A stretch of 64,000 nt of DNA, taken from contig JBNJNM010000006.1 of NCBI GenBank assembly GCA_052426225.1, forward strand, positions 1,426,001-1,490,000, given 5' to 3'. Source of the DNA: Zancudomyces culisetae HAW-14-8 (Eukaryota; Fungi; Kickxellomycota). Shown here one piece after another: positions 44,724 through 56,609 of this stretch. The notes under the pieces were generated by a model. That model was not told the origin of the DNA. It was given only the letters and a program-made list of their open reading frames with translations, and did not search any database. Position numbers and translations under genes: made by a program. Numbering within the stretch: position 1 is the stretch's first letter; every line of letters starts with the position of its first letter.

Positions 44724-47700
44724 TCATACGACAGAACCCCGCCTCCAGATTGGACCCATTGGTCGAGTCTCTCTGAATCTTCCTAGCTTGGATTTCAGTG
44801 TGTTACTTACCTCGGGCAACATATATTTACTGTAATGGTATAGTTTTAACATATCCCCGTTCACCAAATCCCTGTTTCCTTCACTGTCCATTATTACATA
44901 TGCTCCCTTGTTTAGTCTCCGCGTTACCTTATAAGGACCTTCCCAAATGTTTTCGAGCTTTGCTTGAGGTTGTTCTGTTAATTTGAGTACTATATCACCT
45001 TCTTTGAACACACTCAGTTTTACTCCTCTGTTATAAACTGCTTGCTCTTTCTCTTTAGCTGCTCTGCTATTATTGAGTCCCACATTTCTTAATTCTGGTA
45101 TGTCAGTTTTTATAGCTTCAATCCGCTCTTGTATGGCTAGTTCTACGTCACCTATTTCAGGTGGTGGTGTCCACGTAGCCGGAGTAGCAAGTTTGATACC
45201 ATAAAGTAGCTCAGCTGGACTAAATTTTGTGTTTCTGTTTCGCATAGTCCGTATTGCCAAGAGAGTCTTCCATAAATACTTATCCCACTCAGTCTTGTTC
45301 TTTCGGCACTGTTTTACCAGAATATTTTTCATAGTTTGGTTTAATCTCTCCACCTGCCCATTACTCTGTGGTCTATAGGCAGTGGAGGGGGTATGTTTTA
45401 TTTGCAGAAAATCATAGACTTTTGAAGCATGTTCACTAATGAATCCCGCTCCCCTATCTGTTATTATTTGGTCTGGGACTCCGTAATATTGGACTATGTT
45501 AGTTACTATAAAGTTTAATATGGTTTCCGATTTAATGTTTTCCACTGCTTGTGCCACCGGCCATCTAGTAAAATAATCAACTCCGGTTAATATAAACCTA
45601 TTTCCGTCTTTTGATGTTGGACTTATTGGGCCTACTGCATCAAGGCCGAATATACTGAAAGGCTTGTATGTGTAGATTGGGTGTAAGTTATTCCTTTTTA
45701 CGCGACTTCCTTTGTATAGCTGACAGTCGTGACATTGCTTTACCACATTCTTAACTGTTTCAAATAGGCCTTCTCCAGTGTAAATATCTTTTATTCTTTC
45801 CCAAGTGTTGCTTATTCCGTTGTGACTCTCATTGTGTATATTTTCAACTACATTCCTCATTTCATCCTCATGCAAAACTTTCTTTATGTTTCCCTTGAGT
45901 ATTCGCACTAACCTGTCATTACTAACCTTGTATTTTGCTGCTCTACTTCGCAACTTTTTGCGCTCTTGTTCACTACTATTTTCAGGATATATTGTATTAG
46001 TAATAAAATTTTTAATTTTGTTATAATCTGAAAGTGATAAGGAATAAACGCTGATTTCACTATTTTCTTCCAGAGTTTTAGGTCCCAATCTTGAAAGCAT
46101 GTCTGCTGGATTGTTTTTTCCTTTACAATGCACAATCGTATAATCATAATTTCTCAGGATCATAGCCCAGCGGGCTACTCTACCTGTTATCTCCTTGGAA
46201 TCGAAAAGCTGCAAAAGGGACTTGTGGTCTGTCCGCACAGTAAAATGCTTTCCCCACAGATAGTACTTTAATTTCTGAATGCACCAAACAACTGCTAAAC
46301 CTTCAAGATGCGAAATAGAATAATTCTTCTCATGCTTATTCGTTATTCGACTAATAAAGCAAATGGGTTTTTCACCTTCGTTAAATTGTTGAGATAAAAT
46401 GCCACCAATCCCTTCAAGCGAGGCATCAGTTGTTACTATAAACTCTTTTTCCCAATCTGGGTGGGCTAGTGTTGGGGCTGATGACATCTTTTGTTTAATT
46501 TGAATAATTGCAGTTTCGCATTCTGAATTCCAAGTCCATGGGTGTCCCTTTTTCAATAGCTTTAGTAATGGGGCCACTGTAGTAGAAAAGTTTTCTACGT
46601 ACTTTCTGTAGAATCCAATGAGGCCTAAAAAAGATTGCAATTCTTTAACGTTAGTTGGGACTTTTGCCTTTGTTATTGACTCTACTTTTTTCAAACTAGT
46701 TTTTACACCAGTTGTTGTTATAACATGTCCTAAATACTCTAGCTCCTTCATTCCCAGATGACATTTGTCATTATGAAGCTGTACTCTTCCTTTTCTAAGT
46801 AGCTCAAAAACTTCACTTAAATGTTTAAGATGTTCATCTACAGATTTTGAGTAGACTATGATGTCGTCTACAAAGACGATGGCAGTTTTCCATAATACGG
46901 GTTCCAGAACTTTTTCCATTAGGCGTTGGAATGACGCCGGACTGTTTGTTAGCCCAAATGGCATAACGTTGTAGCAAAAGCTACCAGTACCTGGAATTGA
47001 AAACGCAGTCTTTTCTCGGTCGGCTTTGGCCATGCGGATCTGCCAAAATCCGCTCAAAGCATCTAACGAGGTAAATACTTTTGATCCAGCTACTGCCATG
47101 AAAATATCTTCAATCGTTGGGAGAGGATACGTATCTTTTTTGGTTTGTTGATTTATTCTTCTGTAATCGGTACAGATACGCAACTTCCCATTTTTCTTCC
47201 ACACGGTGACCACCGGTGAACACCATTCAGAGACACATTTTGATATTACACCATTTTCTTCCATAATTTGTAATTCGTTCCGTACTTTGTTATAGAGATG
47301 GTATGGTATCCTGTATGGCTTCAACTTTATTGGTGTTTCATCTTTCAGTATTATTCTATGCTCTGCCATGTCAGTTTGCGTTAACTGTTCTATATCATCA
47401 GCAAAAATATCCATATTTTCCTGTTTCAATTGCTCAATACGAGGATCAGTATATCTTTTGTCATTATTCACATCCAATGTATCTTCTTTAATAATCATAT
47501 ATAGTTCATCACCCTCATACTCAACGTGGTCAGGTGTTTCACGTGTATATAATTTTACTAGTAGTGCTACTTTTCCTAATGGTAGCTTAAGTTCAGATTT
47601 TCCTATGTTCAATTCAGCATGATGCTGAATGAGCCAATCCATTCCTAATATCAAACTGTCGTCTTTGCGTTGCATGATTGTTAGATTGGCGTGGAATCTA

Positions 47701-49193
47701 TGGTCTCCGATCTTCAAGGGAACGTCTTTAATTTTGCCCAGTGAGTAGTGCTTCTTCCCATCCGCAGTTATGATCACTTGATCATCTTCCTTGTCAGCAA
47801 CCAATCCCCATGCCTCTAGTAATCTTGGCGTAGCGACAGAACACGCCGCACCAGTGTCTACTACCGCCCATATATCCTCATTGTAAACGGTTACTATGAT
47901 CCTACAGTTTGTAGTTCGTGGTAGACCAAATCTTATTTCATTAATCTCTGATTTTTTTGCTTTTTTACAAAGATTCACCATTTCAGTATTCAGTCCAGGG
48001 GCGACACTCATTAGTTGTGGAAAAGTTATAGTTGGACACCAAGTTGACAGTTGATCCTTCAAAGAAAAGGGTTGTATCCCTTCTGCCATTCTTATTTCAC
48101 TCTTTGTCTTTGACTTTGTACATACCTTAGAGCTGTCACTATCCAGTCCTGTCTCTTTTACCTGGCTAAACGTAGTACTTATAACTGGGTTGCAGGTAGA
48201 TTCGGCTGAGTCTAATTTTGTTTCTTCTTCAACAATCATTGGTTCCTTGAAATTTCCTTTTAATTTTGTATTCTCCCTTACCTCACTTTGTACTTTTCTT
48301 GAATAAGGGGTACGTTTCTGAATGGTTTCTCTTCTTTGTACTGCCAATATTTCATCTTGATTATAACTATCCCTACTTACTTCCAAAAAGTTAACGCTGT
48401 TGCTTTTTCTTGCAATCTTTAATTCTTCGTTCTCCTTCAGCTTAGGGCACTCGAATTTTCTGTGTCCTTCCTTGTGACAATGGTAACAGGTAACTACACG
48501 TGGATAACTGTTATTGTATCTTTTTCTTCTGTTTTCACTTAGCCTTTTCTCAACGGCTTCATCTACTCTACTTAACAGATTTAGACTCCACTCCTCCATT
48601 TTCTCCAGCATTGCTGTGTATCCTTCACTTGGACTAGCTGTATTTAATGGAGTTTTTTCTGATTGCTGGCCGGCTACGTTGTCTTTGAAACGATTGACAT
48701 TTCTTATACTCTGGTTTTCCTCTCTTTTCATTTCTGATTCTGATACTAGGCTAATCACTACATCCCAACTTTTTAATTTTTCTTCTCGGACTTTAACTCT
48801 GAATTCTGGCTTTAACGAGCTAACCAACCAATTAAATCTTGCATTGTCATCTTCAATTCCTACTTTATCTAGAGCTTTTTCCATTTCATATTCCAACTCA
48901 TCAATTGAGTCGAAATCTTCTTGATATATCCTCTTGAGCTTATCATAACTCAAAAAACTTTGCTCCTCTGATACATACTTTTTCTTAAATTCAATACAGA
49001 ACTCTGTCCAGTTGCTAAAGTTTGCAACATTTTTCTTGTACCAGATTTGTTCTCTCTTGCCCAATTTTAGCTGAACTAAATCTGTCCAGTCTTCGTCATC
49101 CCATTTATTTAACTTTGCGATTAGTCGAAACTGCTTTAGCCATTCTTCAGGGTCAACTCCTGATGTAGCCTCGAAACTCAAAATGCTTTCCAT
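44724..49193 (-). CDS. Element D Gag-Pol, copy 1
   Basis: 1489 aa; CCHC, VDTGA, FVDD, TDAS, TDRG, GPY; homologous to B. Confidence 0.95.
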   Translation of the reverse strand: MESILSFEATSGVDPEEWLKQFRLIAKLNKWDDEDWTDLVQLKLGKREQIWYKKNVANFSNWTEFCIEFKKKYVSEEQSFLSYDKLKRIYQEDFDSIDELEYEMEKALDKVGIEDDNARFNWLVSSLKPEFRVKVREEKLKSWDVVISLVSESEMKREENQSIRNVNRFKDNVAGQQSEKTPLNTASPSEGYTAMLEKMEEWSLNLLSRVDEAVEKRLSENRRKRYNNSYPRVVTCYHCHKEGHRKFECPKLKENEELKIARKSNSVNFLEVSRDSYNQDEILAVQRRETIQKRTPYSRKVQSEVRENTKLKGNFKEPMIVEEETKLDSAESTCNPVISTTFSQVKETGLDSDSSKVCTKSKTKSEIRMAEGIQPFSLKDQLSTWCPTITFPQLMSVAPGLNTEMVNLCKKAKKSEINEIRFGLPRTTNCRIIVTVYNEDIWAVVDTGAACSVATPRLLEAWGLVADKEDDQVIITADGKKHYSLGKIKDVPLKIGDHRFHANLTIMQRKDDSLILGMDWLIQHHAELNIGKSELKLPLGKVALLVKLYTRETPDHVEYEGDELYMIIKEDTLDVNNDKRYTDPRIEQLKQENMDIFADDIEQLTQTDMAEHRIILKDETPIKLKPYRIPYHLYNKVRNELQIMEENGVISKCVSEWCSPVVTVWKKNGKLRICTDYRRINQQTKKDTYPLPTIEDIFMAVAGSKVFTSLDALSGFWQIRMAKADREKTAFSIPGTGSFCYNVMPFGLTNSPASFQRLMEKVLEPVLWKTAIVFVDDIIVYSKSVDEHLKHLSEVFELLRKGRVQLHNDKCHLGMKELEYLGHVITTTGVKTSLKKVESITKAKVPTNVKELQSFLGLIGFYRKYVENFSTTVAPLLKLLKKGHPWTWNSECETAIIQIKQKMSSAPTLAHPDWEKEFIVTTDASLEGIGGILSQQFNEGEKPICFISRITNKHEKNYSISHLEGLAVVWCIQKLKYYLWGKHFTVRTDHKSLLQLFDSKEITGRVARWAMILRNYDYTIVHCKGKNNPADMLSRLGPKTLEENSEISVYSLSLSDYNKIKNFITNTIYPENSSEQERKKLRSRAAKYKVSNDRLVRILKGNIKKVLHEDEMRNVVENIHNESHNGISNTWERIKDIYTGEGLFETVKNVVKQCHDCQLYKGSRVKRNNLHPIYTYKPFSIFGLDAVGPISPTSKDGNRFILTGVDYFTRWPVAQAVENIKSETILNFIVTNIVQYYGVPDQIITDRGAGFISEHASKVYDFLQIKHTPSTAYRPQSNGQVERLNQTMKNILVKQCRKNKTEWDKYLWKTLLAIRTMRNRNTKFSPAELLYGIKLATPATWTPPPEIGDVELAIQERIEAIKTDIPELRNVGLNNSRAAKEKEQAVYNRGVKLSVFKEGDIVLKLTEQPQAKLENIWEGPYKVTRRLNKGAYVIMDSEGNRDLVNGDMLKLYHYSKYMLPEVSNTLKSKLGRFRETRPMGPIWRRGSVV

Positions 49194-49635
49194 ATTCTGT
49201 AATCTTGTTATATTTTTTTGATTTTTATTTATTTTTTTCTTTTTAAACTTACTATAATAATTGAATATTTGAAAATTGTATAGTAATTGGGCCTAGCTGG
49301 GAGCGCCACTGATGTAGAACTTACTAGTTCTAATATTATTTCTTAATATATTTCTCTATTCGTGTAGTATAATATTATGTATTATTTTTTATATGTTTAT
49401 ACTATATTTAACTAATTTTAAATGTGGTTAAGAGTTATTTTATTCAAGTAAGTTGTGGGCGATTGTATTAACCCCCAAATATGTCCTATAATTTTGTGTT
49501 AACTATAATCTAAATTTAAACTATCCTAATTATGAATGTTGAACAAAAACCACGAGGGGAGAAAAAGTCCAATCTAAAAATACTGCTAATTATATAAAAT
49601 ATAAAATAGGTAGATAAATCGTTCCATCGTATTTC

Positions 49636-52600
49636 TCATACGACAGAACCCCGCCTCCAGATTGGACCCATTGGTCGAGTCTCTCTGAATCTTCCTAGCT
49701 TGGATTTCAGTGTGTTACTTACCTCGGGCAACATATATTTACTGTAATGGTATAGTTTTAACATATCCCCGTTCACCAAATCCCTGTTTCCTTCACTGTC
49801 CATTATTACATATGCTCCCTTGTTTAGTCTCCGCGTTACCTTATAAGGACCTTCCCAAATGTTTTCGAGCTTTGCTTGAGGTTGTTCTGTTAATTTGAGT
49901 ACTATATCACCTTCTTTGAACACACTCAGTTTTACTCCTCTGTTATAAACTGCTTGCTCTTTCTCTTTAGCTGCTCTGCTATTATTGAGTCCCACATTTC
50001 TTAATTCTGGTATGTCAGTTTTTATAGCTTCAATCCGCTCTTGTATGGCTAGTTCTACGTCACCTATTTCAGGTGGTGGTGTCCACGTAGCCGGAGTAGC
50101 AAGTTTGATACCATAAAGTAGCTCAGCTGGACTAAATTTTGTGTTTCTGTTTCGCATAGTCCGTATTGCCAAGAGAGTCTTCCATAAATACTTATCCCAC
50201 TCAGTCTTGTTCTTTCGGCACTGTTTTACCAGAATATTTTTCATAGTTTGGTTTAATCTCTCCACCTGCCCATTACTCTGTGGTCTATAGGCAGTGGAGG
50301 GGGTATGTTTTATTTGCAGAAAATCATAGACTTTTGAAGCATGTTCACTAATGAATCCCGCTCCCCTATCTGTTATTATTTGGTCTGGGACTCCGTAATA
50401 TTGGACTATGTTAGTTACTATAAAGTTTAATATGGTTTCCGATTTAATGTTTTCCACTGCTTGTGCCACCGGCCATCTAGTAAAATAATCAACTCCGGTT
50501 AATATAAACCTATTTCCGTCTTTTGATGTTGGACTTATTGGGCCTACTGCATCAAGGCCGAATATACTGAAAGGCTTGTATGTGTAGATTGGGTGTAAGT
50601 TATTCCTTTTTACGCGACTTCCTTTGTATAGCTGACAGTCGTGACATTGCTTTACCACATTCTTAACTGTTTCAAATAGGCCTTCTCCAGTGTAAATATC
50701 TTTTATTCTTTCCCAAGTGTTGCTTATTCCGTTGTGACTCTCATTGTGTATATTTTCAACTACATTCCTCATTTCATCCTCATGCAAAACTTTCTTTATG
50801 TTTCCCTTGAGTATTCGCACTAACCTGTCATTACTAACCTTGTATTTTGCTGCTCTACTTCGCAACTTTTTGCGCTCTTGTTCACTACTATTTTCAGGAT
50901 ATATTGTATTAGTAATAAAATTTTTAATTTTGTTATAATCTGAAAGTGATAAGGAATAAACGCTGATTTCACTATTTTCTTCCAGAGTTTTAGGTCCCAA
51001 TCTTGAAAGCATGTCTGCTGGATTGTTTTTTCCTTTACAATGCACAATCGTATAATCATAATTTCTCAGGATCATAGCCCAGCGGGCTACTCTACCTGTT
51101 ATCTCCTTGGAATCGAAAAGCTGCAAAAGGGACTTGTGGTCTGTCCGCACAGTAAAATGCTTTCCCCACAGATAGTACTTTAATTTCTGAATGCACCAAA
51201 CAACTGCTAAACCTTCAAGATGCGAAATAGAATAATTCTTCTCATGCTTATTCGTTATTCGACTAATAAAGCAAATGGGTTTTTCACCTTCGTTAAATTG
51301 TTGAGATAAAATGCCACCAATCCCTTCAAGCGAGGCATCAGTTGTTACTATAAACTCTTTTTCCCAATCTGGGTGGGCTAGTGTTGGGGCTGATGACATC
51401 TTTTGTTTAATTTGAATAATTGCAGTTTCGCATTCTGAATTCCAAGTCCATGGGTGTCCCTTTTTCAATAGCTTTAGTAATGGGGCCACTGTAGTAGAAA
51501 AGTTTTCTACGTACTTTCTGTAGAATCCAATGAGGCCTAAAAAAGATTGCAATTCTTTAACGTTAGTTGGGACTTTTGCCTTTGTTATTGACTCTACTTT
51601 TTTCAAACTAGTTTTTACACCAGTTGTTGTTATAACATGTCCTAAATACTCTAGCTCCTTCATTCCCAGATGACATTTGTCATTATGAAGCTGTACTCTT
51701 CCTTTTCTAAGTAGCTCAAAAACTTCACTTAAATGTTTAAGATGTTCATCTACAGATTTTGAGTAGACTATGATGTCGTCTACAAAGACGATGGCAGTTT
51801 TCCATAATACGGGTTCCAGAACTTTTTCCATTAGGCGTTGGAATGACGCCGGACTGTTTGTTAGCCCAAATGGCATAACGTTGTAGCAAAAGCTACCAGT
51901 ACCTGGAATTGAAAACGCAGTCTTTTCTCGGTCGGCTTTGGCCATGCGGATCTGCCAAAATCCGCTCAAAGCATCTAACGAGGTAAATACTTTTGATCCA
52001 GCTACTGCCATGAAAATATCTTCAATCGTTGGGAGAGGATACGTATCTTTTTTGGTTTGTTGATTTATTCTTCTGTAATCGGTACAGATACGCAACTTCC
52101 CATTTTTCTTCCACACGGTGACCACCGGTGAACACCATTCAGAGACACATTTTGATATTACACCATTTTCTTCCATAATTTGTAATTCGTTCCGTACTTT
52201 GTTATAGAGATGGTATGGTATCCTGTATGGCTTCAACTTTATTGGTGTTTCATCTTTCAGTATTATTCTATGCTCTGCCATGTCAGTTTGCGTTAACTGT
52301 TCTATATCATCAGCAAAAATATCCATATTTTCCTGTTTCAATTGCTCAATACGAGGATCAGTATATCTTTTGTCATTATTCACATCCAATGTATCTTCTT
52401 TAATAATCATATATAGTTCATCACCCTCATACTCAACGTGGTCAGGTGTTTCACGTGTATATAATTTTACTAGTAGTGCTACTTTTCCTAATGGTAGCTT
52501 AAGTTCAGATTTTCCTATGTTCAATTCAGCATGATGCTGAATGAGCCAATCCATTCCTAATATCAAACTGTCGTCTTTGCGTTGCATGATTGTTAGATTG

Positions 52601-54105
52601 GCGTGGAATCTATGGTCTCCGATCTTCAAGGGAACGTCTTTAATTTTGCCCAGTGAGTAGTGCTTCTTCCCATCCGCAGTTATGATCACTTGATCATCTT
52701 CCTTGTCAGCAACCAATCCCCATGCCTCTAGTAATCTTGGCGTAGCGACAGAACACGCCGCACCAGTGTCTACTACCGCCCATATATCCTCATTGTAAAC
52801 GGTTACTATGATCCTACAGTTTGTAGTTCGTGGTAGACCAAATCTTATTTCATTAATCTCTGATTTTTTTGCTTTTTTACAAAGATTCACCATTTCAGTA
52901 TTCAGTCCAGGGGCGACACTCATTAGTTGTGGAAAAGTTATAGTTGGACACCAAGTTGACAGTTGATCCTTCAAAGAAAAGGGTTGTATCCCTTCTGCCA
53001 TTCTTATTTCACTCTTTGTCTTTGACTTTGTACATACCTTAGAGCTGTCACTATCCAGTCCTGTCTCTTTTACCTGGCTAAACGTAGTACTTATAACTGG
53101 GTTGCAGGTAGATTCGGCTGAGTCTAATTTTGTTTCTTCTTCAACAATCATTGGTTCCTTGAAATTTCCTTTTAATTTTGTATTCTCCCTTACCTCACTT
53201 TGTACTTTTCTTGAATAAGGGGTACGTTTCTGAATGGTTTCTCTTCTTTGTACTGCCAATATTTCATCTTGATTATAACTATCCCTACTTACTTCCAAAA
53301 AGTTAACGCTGTTGCTTTTTCTTGCAATCTTTAATTCTTCGTTCTCCTTCAGCTTAGGGCACTCGAATTTTCTGTGTCCTTCCTTGTGACAATGGTAACA
53401 GGTAACTACACGTGGATAACTGTTATTGTATCTTTTTCTTCTGTTTTCACTTAGCCTTTTCTCAACGGCTTCATCTACTCTACTTAACAGATTTAGACTC
53501 CACTCCTCCATTTTCTCCAGCATTGCTGTGTATCCTTCACTTGGACTAGCTGTATTTAATGGAGTTTTTTCTGATTGCTGGCCGGCTACGTTGTCTTTGA
53601 AACGATTGACATTTCTTATACTCTGGTTTTCCTCTCTTTTCATTTCTGATTCTGATACTAGGCTAATCACTACATCCCAACTTTTTAATTTTTCTTCTCG
53701 GACTTTAACTCTGAATTCTGGCTTTAACGAGCTAACCAACCAATTAAATCTTGCATTGTCATCTTCAATTCCTACTTTATCTAGAGCTTTTTCCATTTCA
53801 TATTCCAACTCATCAATTGAGTCGAAATCTTCTTGATATATCCTCTTGAGCTTATCATAACTCAAAAAACTTTGCTCCTCTGATACATACTTTTTCTTAA
53901 ATTCAATACAGAACTCTGTCCAGTTGCTAAAGTTTGCAACATTTTTCTTGTACCAGATTTGTTCTCTCTTGCCCAATTTTAGCTGAACTAAATCTGTCCA
54001 GTCTTCGTCATCCCATTTATTTAACTTTGCGATTAGTCGAAACTGCTTTAGCCATTCTTCAGGGTCAACTCCTGATGTAGCCTCGAAACTCAAAATGCTT
54101 TCCAT
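49636..54105 (-). CDS. Element D Gag-Pol, copy 2
   Basis: Protein appears identical to copy 1. Confidence 0.95.
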   Translation of the reverse strand: MESILSFEATSGVDPEEWLKQFRLIAKLNKWDDEDWTDLVQLKLGKREQIWYKKNVANFSNWTEFCIEFKKKYVSEEQSFLSYDKLKRIYQEDFDSIDELEYEMEKALDKVGIEDDNARFNWLVSSLKPEFRVKVREEKLKSWDVVISLVSESEMKREENQSIRNVNRFKDNVAGQQSEKTPLNTASPSEGYTAMLEKMEEWSLNLLSRVDEAVEKRLSENRRKRYNNSYPRVVTCYHCHKEGHRKFECPKLKENEELKIARKSNSVNFLEVSRDSYNQDEILAVQRRETIQKRTPYSRKVQSEVRENTKLKGNFKEPMIVEEETKLDSAESTCNPVISTTFSQVKETGLDSDSSKVCTKSKTKSEIRMAEGIQPFSLKDQLSTWCPTITFPQLMSVAPGLNTEMVNLCKKAKKSEINEIRFGLPRTTNCRIIVTVYNEDIWAVVDTGAACSVATPRLLEAWGLVADKEDDQVIITADGKKHYSLGKIKDVPLKIGDHRFHANLTIMQRKDDSLILGMDWLIQHHAELNIGKSELKLPLGKVALLVKLYTRETPDHVEYEGDELYMIIKEDTLDVNNDKRYTDPRIEQLKQENMDIFADDIEQLTQTDMAEHRIILKDETPIKLKPYRIPYHLYNKVRNELQIMEENGVISKCVSEWCSPVVTVWKKNGKLRICTDYRRINQQTKKDTYPLPTIEDIFMAVAGSKVFTSLDALSGFWQIRMAKADREKTAFSIPGTGSFCYNVMPFGLTNSPASFQRLMEKVLEPVLWKTAIVFVDDIIVYSKSVDEHLKHLSEVFELLRKGRVQLHNDKCHLGMKELEYLGHVITTTGVKTSLKKVESITKAKVPTNVKELQSFLGLIGFYRKYVENFSTTVAPLLKLLKKGHPWTWNSECETAIIQIKQKMSSAPTLAHPDWEKEFIVTTDASLEGIGGILSQQFNEGEKPICFISRITNKHEKNYSISHLEGLAVVWCIQKLKYYLWGKHFTVRTDHKSLLQLFDSKEITGRVARWAMILRNYDYTIVHCKGKNNPADMLSRLGPKTLEENSEISVYSLSLSDYNKIKNFITNTIYPENSSEQERKKLRSRAAKYKVSNDRLVRILKGNIKKVLHEDEMRNVVENIHNESHNGISNTWERIKDIYTGEGLFETVKNVVKQCHDCQLYKGSRVKRNNLHPIYTYKPFSIFGLDAVGPISPTSKDGNRFILTGVDYFTRWPVAQAVENIKSETILNFIVTNIVQYYGVPDQIITDRGAGFISEHASKVYDFLQIKHTPSTAYRPQSNGQVERLNQTMKNILVKQCRKNKTEWDKYLWKTLLAIRTMRNRNTKFSPAELLYGIKLATPATWTPPPEIGDVELAIQERIEAIKTDIPELRNVGLNNSRAAKEKEQAVYNRGVKLSVFKEGDIVLKLTEQPQAKLENIWEGPYKVTRRLNKGAYVIMDSEGNRDLVNGDMLKLYHYSKYMLPEVSNTLKSKLGRFRETRPMGPIWRRGSVV

Positions 54106-54562
54106 ATTCTGTAATCTTGTTATATTTTTTTGATTTTTATTTATTTTTTTCTTTTTAAACTTACTATAATAATTGAATATTTGAAAATTGTATAGTAATT
54201 GGGCCTAGCTGGGAGCGCCACTGATGTAGAACTTACTAGTTCTAATATTATTTCTTAATATATTTCTCTATTCGTGTAGTATAATATTATGTATTATTTT
54301 TTATATGTTTATACTATATTTAACTAATTTTAAATGTGGTTAAGAGTTATTTTATTCAAGTAAGTTGTGGGCGATTGTATTAACCCCCAAATATGTCCTA
54401 TAATTTTGTGTTAACTATAATCTAAATTTAAACTATCCTAATTATGAATGTTGAACAAAAACCACGAGGGGAGAAAAAGTCCAATCTAAAAATACTGCTA
54501 ATTATATAAAATATAAAATAGGTAGATAAATCGTTCCATCGTATTTCTCATACGACAATTTT

Positions 54563-54816
54563 TGTTGGTGTTGCCATGTTTAACGTGCCATTTTAGTGTT
54601 TTTTACACCAAATAACACACGGGACGGGTCATTTTACTTACCTTTTACTATATGCTGCGAATTATTATATAGTACTTTGGAGTTGGCAAAAGAGGACATT
54701 TATTTAGTTAAACAAAAATTTCAATTTTATACAATAAAATCTACAAAAAATCTAACTAAAAATTACAAAACACAATTAACCAATGGAAATGTTTCACCTA
54801 TTGTAGGCATACAACA
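54563..54816. mobile_element. Solo LTR, TSD TTTT
   Basis: TGTTG...CAACA; TTTT on both sides; matches 33447-33703. Confidence 0.8.
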
Positions 54817-55014
54817 TTTTTTAATCGACTTTTATTATTATATATTATTAACCCTTTAGGTATTAGTTTTTCACCATTAGGTTTTCTAGTTTATAAAGAA
54901 TTGAATACAAAGTAAATAAAAAACTATCTTTATGACAAAAAACTAAACGGAGAATAAATTTTTAATCTGATATTGTACAACTGAGTAGAGCTATTAAGTA
55001 GAAATCAACTACAT

Positions 55015-55796
55015 TGTCGACGCATATATAATCCGCACAACAATTTTTTGTTTATTTATTTTACAACTTTAATATTTTACTATATTTTATACAATTTAGG
55101 GATTTACCATAACAATCGTCAAACAATCTACAGATTCGCTTCGTCTATTGTTTATTATATTGTTTAATTTAGTTTAATAAGCTAGTTTTTATTATTTTTT
55201 CTACTTTTTATAGCGAAAGGGAAAATGGTATATAAAAACACCAATTTCCAAAATAAGGAAAAGTTGGACTTTTCCGACCTAATCCACAAAAAATAAAATA
55301 TTTTATAATACTAAAAATAACTAAGAATTTATGTTGTTGATTTTTTAAGTATGACAAGCTTTGTCGTGTAGTGAAAATACTTGAGGTCCTATTTGGTAAC
55401 TTTCGCTCAAAGTACTATGCGGGATGGGCTATCTTCTATTAACTATAACATATTATAATATATTTTCTAACTTAAAAGTATCTTTATTTACAACAATTAT
55501 AGTTATCAACTTGATAAGATCTCTTTAAATATTTAACTTGTAGTTGATTTAGTATATTCACTTAGCTTAATTATAGAGCATCAGTATTTTATCACTTAAA
55601 CTTTACTCCTAATGAACATTAAATAATTCTCATATTTTTTGAATCAACCTGGCGTTTGATTCAATTTTTTTTATCGATAATATAACAAACAAAGTATATC
55701 GATATATTTACTTAATATGAATATGATATTTTGCCTTTAGTATGATCCAAAATTCACTACTATTGCTCACAATTTTTTCTTTAAATTTTTTCTTTT
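55015..55796. mobile_element. Further stacked solo-LTR remnants (55015-55356 and from 55362)
   Basis: TGTCG...TGACA termini; TGTCGTGTAGTG start shared with 21285; no clean TSDs. Confidence 0.5.
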
Positions 55797-55800
55797 ATTT

Positions 55801-56609
55801 TGTCGTGTGTTCTGGGTTGAATTCCAACTTAATCCGATTTCTTGGGAATATATAAATATTCAAAGGAAATTATTCAATTATCTAAAAATGAAATGAATTT
55901 TATTTAACCATTAACAATCAAAAATATGAAGATTATTTCTGATCATAAAATGAAGGAAATAGTCAGATCAAAAATCCAAGAGAAAAATTACAAAATGAAA
56001 TAAGGACATAAAAAGAATTTATTATTATTAGTATATTTAATTAAATTAAAGAGTATATAATCGACTATGGAAAATGAGTCAAACTATGAGGACGACCACA
56101 AAGCATAATATGAAGAGATAGCGGATATATTAAATATTAATAGGATAAGATTAGTAATAGTTTTAAAATTAGCAATTAACATATATAAAAGCCAAAGAGA
56201 TCTCATTAGGAGTCTCTTTAGCTCTTTTAGTAGTTTAAAACATATTCACAAAAGTAAGAAATAAAGACATTGAACAAGAAGGATTCTGTTTAATACAAGT
56301 TTATTGAAAATTAATATAATCATATAATAGTGCTACGGCTAAAAGTTTAAAATAGTAAAAGATAAAAGTTTAAAATTACTAAAATCTCATGTCAGGTCTT
56401 ATGGGTCATCTGCGCGCTGCCATCATCCAGAGATTCAAGAATGAGGGGCGGTACTCCTCGGATAGTGATCGTTCCGAAGCTACTTCTATGGAAATAGAAC
56501 CGGAAGCGTCACGTGATCCATTCTCTTTTCTTGAAGAAGTGGTTCAAAGAGAGATGGATTCCATGAGAAACCCGACTAAGGAGCGTGGCCAGTCCAGCCA
56601 CGTCCGACA
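55801..56609 (+). mobile_element. 809-bp solo LTR, TSD ATTT, with an ORF (56389-56622) running off its 3' end
   Basis: TGTCG...CGACA flanked by ATTT at 55797-800 and 56610-13. Confidence 0.85.

Larger units (their letters stand above)
44398..54557 (-). mobile_element. Tandem dimer of Ty3/gypsy element D (B family); three 336-bp LTRs (44398-44733, 49310-49645, 54222-54557); TSD ATTT; 6 bp upstream of tRNA-Val
   Basis: 4912-bp period; PBS TGGCGCTCCCAGCTAGG; ATTT at 44394-97 and 54558-61. Confidence 0.96.
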
